Assembly (NCBI RefSeq): GCF_003044035.1
Contig: NZ_NVQC01000017.1
Coordinates: 1-32,000 of the forward strand
Source of the DNA: Candidatus Methylomirabilis limnetica
GTDB taxonomy: Bacteria; Methylomirabilota; Methylomirabilia; Methylomirabilales; Methylomirabilaceae
DNA length: 32,000 bases
Reading direction: 5' to 3'
Position numbers and translations under genes: made by a program. The notes under the pieces are model-generated. The model did not search any database, was not told where the DNA came from, and saw only the letters and a program-made list of their open reading frames with translations. Every line of letters begins with the position of its first letter. Positions within the stretch are counted from its first letter, which is position 1. Shown here in pieces: positions 16,132 through 24,743 of the stretch.

Positions 16132-16617
16132 CTACCAGGAGATCCTCTCCGGATCTCCTTTATAGATAGACCGAATCCATGCAATGATCTTCCATACCTG
16201 CTCATCGCTGAGGATGGCCCCGAAGACCGCCGGCATGGTCTGTCCTGGATAGGTCCCCTTGGTAACCTTGAAGTAGGTCTCGTCGTCACCACCAAACTTC
16301 CAAGTATCACGTATGAATGCCGTAGCCCCAGCCATCGCGCCACCACCGCCTGAGCCATGGCAGCCTGGACAGCCGGACTGCAGATACAATTGACGCCCCT
16401 CTTTGATCGCGTCTGCGTTCCCGGTGAACGGGTTGAGCTTTTTTGGCTTCTGCGGATCAGCAGGTGCGGGGGCCTCTGATCCTTTCGGTTGTTGGCCGGA
16501 TTCTTCTATCTTCGCCGGCTCTTTCTGGGTCTGAGCCGTGAGACTCTGAACACATCCCAACATCACAAAGGTCAGGATTAACATAGCAAGAAGCGACTTC
16601 TTCTGTCTCATGGTCAC
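16132..16617 (-). CDS. xoxG: periplasmic c-type cytochrome (XoxG / cytochrome cL-like)
   Basis: 161 aa with a signal peptide and a single CPGCHG haem motif. It lies directly downstream of xoxJ. Confidence 0.75.
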   Translation of the reverse strand: MTMRQKKSLLAMLILTFVMLGCVQSLTAQTQKEPAKIEESGQQPKGSEAPAPADPQKPKKLNPFTGNADAIKEGRQLYLQSGCPGCHGSGGGGAMAGATAFIRDTWKFGGDDETYFKVTKGTYPGQTMPAVFGAILSDEQVWKIIAWIRSIYKGDPERISW

Positions 16618-16663
16618 TGTTCCTCGTTCGTGTTTAGGTAAGGTTTGCCCCTTTCACCCGGTT

Positions 16664-17554
16664 TTAATAAGAGGGGAGGGGATCGTCCCGATCGAAGCTA
16701 CGGTAAAAGATCTCTCCCGGTTTCTCTTCCACCTTTGGAAATTGCTCGTGCGCCAGGAGTGGTAGAAGGGGCACACCATACTCCTCCAGAATCTTTCTGA
16801 TTTCGGCATGCCGTTTACTAATCGCCTGCTCAAGCTCAGCCTTGAGTGCCGTATTGCCTTCTTTCACCCCCATAGAAAACTCGAAGGTGAAAGGGATCCT
16901 CGGCTCCCCACCCTGAAGGAGGACTACCTCAAGAGGTGTCGATCCATTCAACCGTTTTGCAAAATAGCCAGCCATCGGCCCCCAATCCAATACGACATCG
17001 ATCTCGCCGGCAACAAGGTCCCGGATGATCTTGTCCGAACGCTCATTCTGGTCGCCATAATTGACGAGACTGTAGCCGACGAGATTTGTCCTGATATCCC
17101 TATTGGCCAATGCCTCCATGGGGGGGGAATTAATATAGACTCCGATCTTGAGACGCTTCAGGATCGGGTCATCTAGCGAGCTGATATGAAACCCCCGATC
17201 CTTGCGATAGACAAAGGCATACGCCGAACGGTAATAGGGCTTGGTCCAGAGAACCCGATCCCAACCCTGAGGGATCGAGATCATGACATCACAGAGTCCC
17301 GGTTTCAACGCTCTCCGAACTAACCCCTGCTGATGCGGCCACCAGAAATAGGTGAGTTCTATCTTCATTTCCTTGGCGATGACTTCGGCGATCTTGTTTT
17401 CAAAACCTTCTGATTGCTTGTTGGAGAATGGCAGGTTATTTGGATCGCCGCAGACACGGAGTGGGTTGACATGCCCCCCCCAGGCTTGCCAGGCAAAGGG
17501 AAACAGAATCATCACTACAACGAATCCGCTGAGAATGGCTGATCTTCGGCTCAT
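16664..17554 (-). CDS. xoxJ: MxaJ/XoxJ-type periplasmic solute-binding-like protein
   Basis: 296 aa. LRVCGDPNNLPFSN....GFENKIAE is typical of the quinoprotein-dehydrogenase-associated SBP. It is positioned between xoxF and the cytochrome gene. Confidence 0.8.
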   Translation of the reverse strand: MSRRSAILSGFVVVMILFPFAWQAWGGHVNPLRVCGDPNNLPFSNKQSEGFENKIAEVIAKEMKIELTYFWWPHQQGLVRRALKPGLCDVMISIPQGWDRVLWTKPYYRSAYAFVYRKDRGFHISSLDDPILKRLKIGVYINSPPMEALANRDIRTNLVGYSLVNYGDQNERSDKIIRDLVAGEIDVVLDWGPMAGYFAKRLNGSTPLEVVLLQGGEPRIPFTFEFSMGVKEGNTALKAELEQAISKRHAEIRKILEEYGVPLLPLLAHEQFPKVEEKPGEIFYRSFDRDDPLPSY

Positions 17555-17595
17555 TATACTCCCTTTAGCTTAGCCAAGCCGCTACCTTGCACGGG

Positions 17596-17634
17596 AAAAA
17601 AACCGGCGCCGAGGGCATAACCCTTCGGCGCCGG
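17596..17634 (-). terminator. intrinsic terminator/attenuator between xoxF and xoxJ
   Basis: On the minus strand, CCGGCGCCGAAGGG-ttat-GCCCTCGGCGCCGG is followed by TTTTTTT. It starts 17 nt after the xoxF stop. Confidence 0.7.
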
Positions 17635-17650
17635 CATCAGGCATGCTCGC

Positions 17651-19483
17651 TTAGAGGCCGAAGACGTAGAGCGTCCCGCCCTTGGTTGTGGCCATGGGCA
17701 GACCTGACAAGTAGGCGGCATTCACCCCGCCCAATGCGGCGGTTGGATCGTCCGACGGAAGGTCGAGCGACACGGTGGCGCCAAACCACCCGCCAACGCC
17801 GGAGTATACGGCGACATACTGCTTGCCGTCAGGCCCCTTGTAGGTGATCGGATTACCGATGATCCCGGACCCCACCTTGTGCTTCCACAAAAGCTTCCCA
17901 TCTCGGGCATCGACCGCTTTGAACCAGCCGTCCATCGTACCATAGAAGACCACATTGGTAGAGGTCACCACGGGCCCACTCCATGGGGGCTGACTCTCTT
18001 TAATGGCCCACGCCCTTTTCCCTTTGACGACATCCCAGGCAATGAGATCTCCCCACCAGCCCTTGTCTTTACCTTCGTGGCCTTCGTACATCAGAACGGT
18101 GGCGCCCACGTACGGAGCCCCCGCCGTGTACTGAACCTTAACGCCTTCATAGCTCATACACATGTTGTTGACGGACGCGTAGAAGAGGTTCGTCACCGGG
18201 GAGTAGGCAGCAGGCAGGTAGTTCTTACCACCCATCGCGCAAGGGCAGATGTTCTTGGTGTCTTCACCCTGCTTAGTTAACTTGTCAGGGTTTACGATCG
18301 GCCGCCCCGTCTTCAGGTCGATCCCCTTCGCCCAGTTGACATAGACGAACGCATCGGCCCGGAGAAGTGTCCCGTCAGCGCGGTCAAGGGTGTATACAAA
18401 GCCGTTTCTGTCGAAATGAGTCAGAACCTTGCGCTTTTTGCCATCGATCGTCTGCTCGGTCAGGACGGATTCGTCGATCCCATCGTAGTCCCAGTTGTCC
18501 CACGGAGTCATCTGGTATGCCCACTTGGCCACCCCAGTGTCAGGATTGCGGGCCCATATGGTCATCGACCACTTGTTATCGCCGCCTTTCCGAGGGGCGG
18601 GGTTCCAGGTCCCGGGGTTACCGCTGCCGTAGTAGAACAGGTTCAGATCAGGATCGTATGCATAGTAGCCCCAAGTGGTGCCACCGCCCGTTTTCCACTC
18701 CTCGCCAGGCCAGCTCTTGGTCCCCTCGCCAAATCGTCCGTAATGCGGGTTGGCGGCGTTGAAGTCGGAGGCAAGCTTGAGATCCTCATCGGGCCCCACG
18801 CTGCGGGCCTTCCAGACCTGCTTGCCGGTGTTGATGTCGTAGGCCGCCACCCAGCCTCGGACTCCAAACTCACCACCGGCGACGCCGGCAATGTATTTAT
18901 CCTTAATCACCAGGCCGGCGGCGGTATTCGTCTCACCCTTGGAAGGGTCGGCATTCCGAGTCTTCCAGAGCTCCTTACCGGTCTTGGCATCGAGGGCAAT
19001 AACCATTCCATCGAGCGTTTGGTACAGGATCTTGCCGTTCCCATATTGGAGGCCCTTATGCACTAAGTCGCAGCAGGCGACCGGAACCGCCTTTGGATCG
19101 TGCTTGGCCACGTACTTCCACTTGATCGGCGCCCCTTCCTTGGTCAGATCGAGGGCAAAAATATTATGCGAGTTGCCCGTAGAATAGGAGCTATGGGCAT
19201 ACATCGTGTCGCCGACAACCAGCGGGCCTCCCTGTTGGCCGTTGAGTGTCCCCAGCGAGAACGACCACGCGACTTTAAGATTTTTCGCGTTCTCGGGCGT
19301 AATCTGGTTCAGGGTGCTGTAGCGGGTCCCTGCGTAGTCCTTGCTCTGCTGCGCCCATTGGCCATCGTCTTTCTGCAGCTTCAACACCTCGTCGTTGGCG
19401 TAGACCATAGGCGCCGCCACTACGAGACCCCCAGCCAGGATCAGTAGACCCCCGATCAGTGACGTACATCGTTTCACGCTCAT
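17651..19483 (-). CDS. xoxF: PQQ-dependent methanol/ethanol dehydrogenase, XoxF (lanthanide) type
   Basis: 610 aa with a signal peptide. Contains NDEVLKLQKDDGQWAQQSKDYAGTRYS, the vicinal Cys pair VACCD, and WDNWDYDGIDE, whose DYD is the extra Asp characteristic of XoxF (MxaF has DYA). Confidence 0.9.
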   Translation of the reverse strand: MSVKRCTSLIGGLLILAGGLVVAAPMVYANDEVLKLQKDDGQWAQQSKDYAGTRYSTLNQITPENAKNLKVAWSFSLGTLNGQQGGPLVVGDTMYAHSSYSTGNSHNIFALDLTKEGAPIKWKYVAKHDPKAVPVACCDLVHKGLQYGNGKILYQTLDGMVIALDAKTGKELWKTRNADPSKGETNTAAGLVIKDKYIAGVAGGEFGVRGWVAAYDINTGKQVWKARSVGPDEDLKLASDFNAANPHYGRFGEGTKSWPGEEWKTGGGTTWGYYAYDPDLNLFYYGSGNPGTWNPAPRKGGDNKWSMTIWARNPDTGVAKWAYQMTPWDNWDYDGIDESVLTEQTIDGKKRKVLTHFDRNGFVYTLDRADGTLLRADAFVYVNWAKGIDLKTGRPIVNPDKLTKQGEDTKNICPCAMGGKNYLPAAYSPVTNLFYASVNNMCMSYEGVKVQYTAGAPYVGATVLMYEGHEGKDKGWWGDLIAWDVVKGKRAWAIKESQPPWSGPVVTSTNVVFYGTMDGWFKAVDARDGKLLWKHKVGSGIIGNPITYKGPDGKQYVAVYSGVGGWFGATVSLDLPSDDPTAALGGVNAAYLSGLPMATTKGGTLYVFGL

Positions 19484-19682
19484 TGAATACCTCCCTCTTT
19501 ATGCGATCCTGTTGCTTCCCAGGAAATCATATCTCACTTCTCTCTAATGCCCCGATTGCCCCTACTTCACTTACGCCGCCTTTTCAGGAATTGCGATCCA
19601 CGCGTTCATCCAAGCAAAGATGCAGAGCGGCCGCTCTCCTCCTTTCTTTTGCCTAGCCTCTTCACGATTGGGTAAATCACTC

Positions 19683-19864
19683 GTAACTACTCAGGTGTTT
19701 AGGCTGTAGGCTGAAGGCTGTTAGTCGTTGCGCATGGACCGAATCAAGGCGCCCAGAACCTTTTCGGTCTCCATCATGTTCGCGTCGCATTCAGAAAACG
19801 CCTGGTTCATCCGTGCGCGTTCCTGCAGGCTAAAAGCCTACAGCCTATCTACCTAAGTAGTTAC
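19683..19864 (-). mobile_element. TIR element with four-helix-bundle gene remnant, copy D
   Basis: 182 bp: GTAACTACTCAGGTGTTTAGGCTGTAGG...CCTACAGCCTATCTACCTAAGTAGTTAC. The minus-strand interior reads MNQAFSECDANMMETEKVLGALIRSMRND*. A perfect 8-bp duplication AATCACTC sits at 19675-19682 and 19865-19872. Confidence 0.9.
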
Positions 19865-19894
19865 AATCACTCAACGCTCCGTAATGCGGACATC

Positions 19895-22054
19895 TTACCG
19901 GGTGAAAGAAAACACGCTAATAATACCACGTGACCCGTCCTGCAGATATGCGACGACACCCTTTTCTTTAACAGCCGATAGCACAATCAGGTTCTTCCTG
20001 CCGGTACCGTTCAGATCGGCCAAGGCAACGTCACGCACCTTCCCCTCAAGAGGGATCGTCTCCCACCCCCGCGCAAAGGTTCCTTCTTGACGGTCAAACG
20101 CCACAACCCGGCTAGGCAGGGACGACTCGACACGAAAAAGCCCAATCTTTTTCGGATTGGTAAAGGTCAGAAGCTCTGTCTTGGCGTTACCCCACAGGGG
20201 CGAGGTCTCGACAAGGATTCGCCGCGGCAGGATCTCCCGAATTGCGTGCTCTTCAGGAGTAATCAGGCCCGACTTGAGCCCGTCTCTAGCCAGGAGAGCC
20301 CGGTGCGTGGGGATGTGGGAAAAGGCAAGGTGATCGACCTCGCCCAGGTCATCTTTGCCTTCCCATGACGGCTTGCCCTCGCTCCCGTAGGCCTTGACCC
20401 GTTGCTCGCTAATAACAGCAACCTCTGATATCTGATCGCCGGTGGCATTGATCGGCGCAAATTCGTAGAGATTCTTCACCTGGACCGGAAGGATGAGTGG
20501 CTGCCCTTCGACATACCGCTCGCCATTCCAGGACAGTCGGATGATCGGCCCTTCAAAAGCAGTCAGTTCCCCCATCCGCTGACCGACCAGGATAGGCGTC
20601 TCAATACCAGGCCCCATGACCACGCGAAGGAAGTAGCCCAGCTTATCGGCAATTCGGACGAGCTTACTACCTTGAAGTTCCAGGACAAACGAGTGAAGCT
20701 CGTTCCGAGCACCGGACAGGGCCGTGATAACGACCTGGGCATGACTGCGGCCATTAATATTGCCGACATCAACATGCAAGTGGCGAATAGACCGGGGACT
20801 GCCAATCCTGGCAATCGGCGCCAGTCGTTGATTCTGCCACCGATAGACAATCACCTCAGAGGAGGTTATCCCAACGATCTCTGGCCGTTGATCCCCATCC
20901 AGATCTCCCGCTGCCAGTGCAAGAAGCGGATCGGGCAACTCGAATACGACAGACTCTTGCAAACCCTTATTATTATCGGAACGCGCCGGTTCGGCCTCAG
21001 CCACAGTCAGGAATGAAGGGGCCCCGGGCTTTCGCAACGCCTCTTCGGCAACCACACCCTTACGGGAAGAGGCTATCTCTGAAGAGGGACCTTTCATCTG
21101 CTCGGCAGTTCTCGAAGGCTCAGAACTTTGACGCTCCGCGTGGACGAAAGAGGGTCGTGACGCTGCTGAGGGGGCATGCCCTGAGCCAGGTCGGAGGGCC
21201 GGACCAGACGGTGGCGAGGGGGCGGCCACAACCATCGGTCCACGTTCCGCGATCTCGACGCTCGCAACAGTCAACGGCGCTCCGGTAACGACTGACATGA
21301 CCTGCAGATTCAAGAACAGGCCCTGATGACCAGGACTGAGTTTGCCCAAAACGAGGAGCTGAACGTGCGCCTTCTCCGCCAACAGTTTCAGGGTGGAGGG
21401 ATCGCCTAATGATTCCACCCGCGAGGAATGCTCCCCCGCCAGCGCGGCCCTGAGGAGCGGATCCTCGATTACGATAAAGCGGCCGGTCTTGGCTAGCGCA
21501 ATGGCCAGATCTTTCGTGACCGAATGGGCATTCGCTTCCTTGATCCCGCCGGTATTGATGAGTGGAAGGCCAACCAATAGACGGTCTGAACCTACCCGGA
21601 CCAAATCACTGGCCCTGATGGTAGACCCCTCCTCTCTGGAGACAATGGCCGCCTCCGAGAATTTCTCTTTCACATCAACGACTCTGAGGAGGCCCAGCCT
21701 TTTGTCCCGCCTTCCCAAGATCTCGCCAGTCACGGGGTGTTTGACTTCATCTCCTGCCCGATAGACCTGCAGTTCCATCCCCTGGTACACCTTATTGGCC
21801 CCCAGGTCGATCAGGACCCGGTCCCTCTCGACTCCTGTCACTGACCCTTGGACGACTGGAAAGGCTTCAGCGAGTTTAGCGGCAGCCTCCTCAGCAGCTT
21901 GACCAAAGGCCGGCTCCAGAGCGCGAGCTTGAGAGGCAATGATCGGGATAAAAAGGGTAACGACGAGACAAAGGCAAACCAGCCCGCGCCAGACACATGG
22001 AGGAGCAACTCTGACCGTTTTCGTATTCTTCACAAGGTGAGTGAAAACCTTCAT
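19895..22054 (-). CDS. secreted/anchored FG-GAP/VCBS-repeat protein with an N-terminal LpoB/CsgG-like domain and a Pro/Ser/Ala linker
   Basis: The start is taken at MKVFTHLV...LVCLCLVVTLFIPIIASQARA (22054). The ORF-track start at 22264 reads through repeat copy E. Contains GDLDGDQRPEIVG and ADLNGTGRKNLIV (FG-GAP Ca-loop-like) and a low-complexity linker about 100 aa long. Confidence 0.65.
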   Translation of the reverse strand: MKVFTHLVKNTKTVRVAPPCVWRGLVCLCLVVTLFIPIIASQARALEPAFGQAAEEAAAKLAEAFPVVQGSVTGVERDRVLIDLGANKVYQGMELQVYRAGDEVKHPVTGEILGRRDKRLGLLRVVDVKEKFSEAAIVSREEGSTIRASDLVRVGSDRLLVGLPLINTGGIKEANAHSVTKDLAIALAKTGRFIVIEDPLLRAALAGEHSSRVESLGDPSTLKLLAEKAHVQLLVLGKLSPGHQGLFLNLQVMSVVTGAPLTVASVEIAERGPMVVAAPSPPSGPALRPGSGHAPSAASRPSFVHAERQSSEPSRTAEQMKGPSSEIASSRKGVVAEEALRKPGAPSFLTVAEAEPARSDNNKGLQESVVFELPDPLLALAAGDLDGDQRPEIVGITSSEVIVYRWQNQRLAPIARIGSPRSIRHLHVDVGNINGRSHAQVVITALSGARNELHSFVLELQGSKLVRIADKLGYFLRVVMGPGIETPILVGQRMGELTAFEGPIIRLSWNGERYVEGQPLILPVQVKNLYEFAPINATGDQISEVAVISEQRVKAYGSEGKPSWEGKDDLGEVDHLAFSHIPTHRALLARDGLKSGLITPEEHAIREILPRRILVETSPLWGNAKTELLTFTNPKKIGLFRVESSLPSRVVAFDRQEGTFARGWETIPLEGKVRDVALADLNGTGRKNLIVLSAVKEKGVVAYLQDGSRGIISVFSFTR

Positions 22055-22156
22055 GCCATTGAACGCGATCAGCACCGGCTCGATTGTATCGATGAGAAAC
22101 CATGCACGCCTCTCACGCCCAGGAGAGCCAACCCATTCAGAAACGCTGTTTGATGC

Positions 22157-22338
22157 GTAACTACTTAGGTGTTTAGGCTGAAGGCTGAAGGCTGTTAGCC
22201 ATTGCGCATGGACCGAATCAAGGCGCCCAGAACCTTTTCGGTCTCCATCATGTTCGCGTCGCATTCTGAAAACGCCTGGCTCATCCGTGCGCGTTCCTAC
22301 AGTCTAAAAGCCTATAGTCTATCTACCTGAGTAGTTAC
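22157..22338 (-). mobile_element. TIR element with four-helix-bundle gene remnant, copy E
   Basis: 182 bp and about 94% identical to copy D. A perfect 8-bp duplication TTTGATGC sits at 22149-22156 and 22339-22346. Confidence 0.9.
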
Positions 22339-22426
22339 TTTGATGCAACGGCATTTTACACCTCATTCGCGCCAATCTGTCAAGTAATTTTTCTCTCGAA
22401 TATATGCCGTCTTGAGAGGTTGAGCG

Positions 22427-23662
22427 TTACGGGATCTTAGGCATCAGCAGGCGCGGCGGGCTGTCCGCTCGCTTTTCGCCGACCAGTTCCTTACCCACGA
22501 CCTTCCCTCCTGCAAAGCGATACCGGACATGAACCTTGCCATTGTAATCGGTGTCCTCTTCCTGAAGCACCTTTTCACCCGTCTCATTATAGGAGACCCA
22601 GACGTCCGGTCGGCCGTCCCCGTTGGTGTCATACTCTTCTTTGGCAAGGCGACCACTCCCAAAGAAGCGAACTAGGTCATACCGCCCCTCGTATTTGGTA
22701 TCAACCTCCTGCCGTTGAATCTCTTCCTCGCGAAAGAAGGTGACGACATCCATCTTCCCCTGCCGCCTGGTATCCTGCTGTCGCTTGACCGGCTTACCGC
22801 TCTCGTACCAGTCGATCAGATCGAGCCGGCCGGCTCCCTGCGTGTCCTCTTCTCGTCGGAAAAGGATGCCTACCTGGAAAAAGTAGGCGACGTTCGGCCG
22901 GCCTTGACCAAGAGTATCCTCCTCTTGCTTGACGATCTGTCCGTTCTCATAGTAGGCCCAGACGTCAGGTCGCCCGGAACCCTTTCGGTCGGCCTCGCGC
23001 CGGATCAGGCGCTCGTCCTTGTCGTAATACGACCAGCGGTCGATCCGCCCCGATCCTTTCGTATCCTCCTCGCGCCGCACGAGTTTTCCTTCCTGGTAAT
23101 AAGAAAAGAACGTTGGGCGAGCGACTCCCTTCTTATCCTCCTCATCCCTGATGAGCACGCCGGCAGCATCATAATACGACCAGAGGGTGATCTTTCCATC
23201 GCGTTTCACCGATTCCTCGGCCCGAACCGCCTTCCCCTTTTCGTAGAAGATGAATCGATCGACTCGCCCATCGGCATCCAGGTCCTGTTCTGCCTTCATC
23301 GGGATTCCCTGGTGATAACTAATCCGGATATCGAACTTCCCATCGCCGTTGTTATCTTTTTCCGTCCTCTCCACCTGACGATCTGTAGACAGGTGGTGCC
23401 ATGTGTCGGGTTTACCGTCTTTATTCGTGTCTACTGCCTGGAGGATCGGGTGTCCATCCCGGTAGGTGATCCAGGCATCGATACGCCCGGAGCCGGCGCT
23501 ATCAACCTCCTCCCGGATGACCTCCCCATTCTCGTCATAGAAATACTTACTCTTCGGCTCGGCTCCTCCTGCAGGAGGAGCGAAAAAGACGAGAAGGGAA
23601 AGGGCGAGGGGAAAGGACAAGGATATGGAGAACAATCTCGCAATGTGTAAGATAGTCGTCAC
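22427..23662 (-). CDS. secreted tandem-repeat protein, 14 x 24-25 aa units with D-x-[DN]-x-[DG]-G-[RK]-x-D loops
   Basis: GTG start. Signal peptide LFSISLSFPLALSLLVFFAPPAGGA. The repeat units include DTNKDGKPDTWHHL.., DNNGDGKFDIRISY.., DLDADGRVDRFIFY.., DTKGSGRIDRWSYY.. and DTNGDGRPDVWVSY... The gene starts 13 nt after the tonB stop. Confidence 0.75.
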   Translation of the reverse strand: MTTILHIARLFSISLSFPLALSLLVFFAPPAGGAEPKSKYFYDENGEVIREEVDSAGSGRIDAWITYRDGHPILQAVDTNKDGKPDTWHHLSTDRQVERTEKDNNGDGKFDIRISYHQGIPMKAEQDLDADGRVDRFIFYEKGKAVRAEESVKRDGKITLWSYYDAAGVLIRDEEDKKGVARPTFFSYYQEGKLVRREEDTKGSGRIDRWSYYDKDERLIRREADRKGSGRPDVWAYYENGQIVKQEEDTLGQGRPNVAYFFQVGILFRREEDTQGAGRLDLIDWYESGKPVKRQQDTRRQGKMDVVTFFREEEIQRQEVDTKYEGRYDLVRFFGSGRLAKEEYDTNGDGRPDVWVSYNETGEKVLQEEDTDYNGKVHVRYRFAGGKVVGKELVGEKRADSPPRLLMPKIP

Positions 23663-23675
23663 GCCCTATCCCATA

Positions 23676-24698
23676 TCAGTTAAGCGCGAACTTTACCGGA
23701 AGCAGCACCCAGCTTTCCACCGGCTTCCCACCCTTTTTGGCAGGAAGAAACGCCCACCCCTTAACCGAATCTACCGCCTCCCGATCAAGGATCTCATAGC
23801 CCGAGGATCGATCAATAGTAAGTTGCCCCACGCGACCATCCGCCCGAACCAAGACACGCAGGTAGACCGTTCCTTCGTAACCTTTTTCCCGTGCCAAAGG
23901 AGGGTACCTGGGAAGCGGATTGATCCCGTAGTTCGGGGCCGCGTATCCACCTCCAGCAGCTCCACTACCTGTCCGGCCAGATCCTCCGCCTGTACCGCCG
24001 CCCTGGGGAGAACCAACAGTCACTGTCGGTGTCAGTGGCGCGGTCAACGCTGCGTCGAGCCGGCCCGCTCCACCCCGGCTTGCTGAGCCGGAGCCGCCTA
24101 CGCCATCCCCGTCAGGACCGAGCAGAACCGGCCCCGGCGACAAGCTAACTGCTGTAGAGGATCCCGGTGTGCCAACGTCCACTGCGCGTGACCCACTCCC
24201 CGACATACCAACGGCCTTTGGCCCGCCGATCCGCTCATCCAACGTCGTAGGCTCCACCACCTCAGCCGCCCGAGCAGGTGAAGACGCCGCAAGAACAGGA
24301 GACGGAGGCGAAACGCGAGGTTGAGCCATCGCTTTCGAGTTGACAGGAGGAACCGCCTTCCCTGGGGCGGCTGCTTGCCTCGTGCGAGTGCGGTCAGGGT
24401 GTCCCGATGGAGCGGATGGCTCGGAATTCTCACTTCCAATGAGGGTTACGACAAGGGGCCGCGGAGCTGATGGAGCCGTGAGAAGCCCAAAACTGATGAT
24501 AACCCAAGCCAGAATCAGGTGGAAACCGGTGGAACTCAGGAGAAATCGGCCCAACGAAAGCGGTCTGGCCTGCGATCCAACCAGAAACGTCATGACAGGA
24601 TGGATCGCATCGGGGGCCCGGTCAACCTCAGTACGGCCTCCTTGACGTCCAAGCGCGAAACTATCCTTTGGAGACATAAAACAATTATAGCGGATCAT
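23676..24698 (-). CDS. tonB: TonB-family energy transducer
   Basis: C-terminal TonB domain: YPPLAREKGYEGTVYLRVLVRADGRVGQLTIDRSSGYEILDREAVDSVKGWAFLPAKKGGKPV. There is one TM segment (FHLILAWVIISFGLL) and a Gly/Pro/Ser/Ala-rich spacer. The start is uncertain: ATGs lie at 24698, 24677 and 24593, none with a good RBS. The ORF-track start at 24851 lies inside repeat copy F. Confidence 0.8.
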   Translation of the reverse strand: MIRYNCFMSPKDSFALGRQGGRTEVDRAPDAIHPVMTFLVGSQARPLSLGRFLLSSTGFHLILAWVIISFGLLTAPSAPRPLVVTLIGSENSEPSAPSGHPDRTRTRQAAAPGKAVPPVNSKAMAQPRVSPPSPVLAASSPARAAEVVEPTTLDERIGGPKAVGMSGSGSRAVDVGTPGSSTAVSLSPGPVLLGPDGDGVGGSGSASRGGAGRLDAALTAPLTPTVTVGSPQGGGTGGGSGRTGSGAAGGGYAAPNYGINPLPRYPPLAREKGYEGTVYLRVLVRADGRVGQLTIDRSSGYEILDREAVDSVKGWAFLPAKKGGKPVESWVLLPVKFALN

Positions 24699-24743
24699 TA
24701 CGAAGCGAGCGAAGAGTTTTTTCTTACATACGGTCCTGTGATC

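Noticed and set aside
20900-21300. Low-complexity Pro/Ser/Ala-rich stretch in the FG-GAP gene as a possible separate gene or frameshift.
   Set aside because: The frame is continuous with coding-like sequence on both sides. It is consistent with an interdomain linker.
22055-22264. N-terminal 70 codons of ORF 19895..22264 (MRREHDGDRKGSGRLDSVHAQWLTAFSLQPKHLSSY...). The matching start of ORF 23676..24851 (MRRENDGDRKGSGHLDSVHAQRLTAFSLQPKHL...) looks like a conserved N-terminal domain.
   Set aside because: The shared peptide is simply an open frame through repeat copies E and F. The real genes start downstream of the elements.
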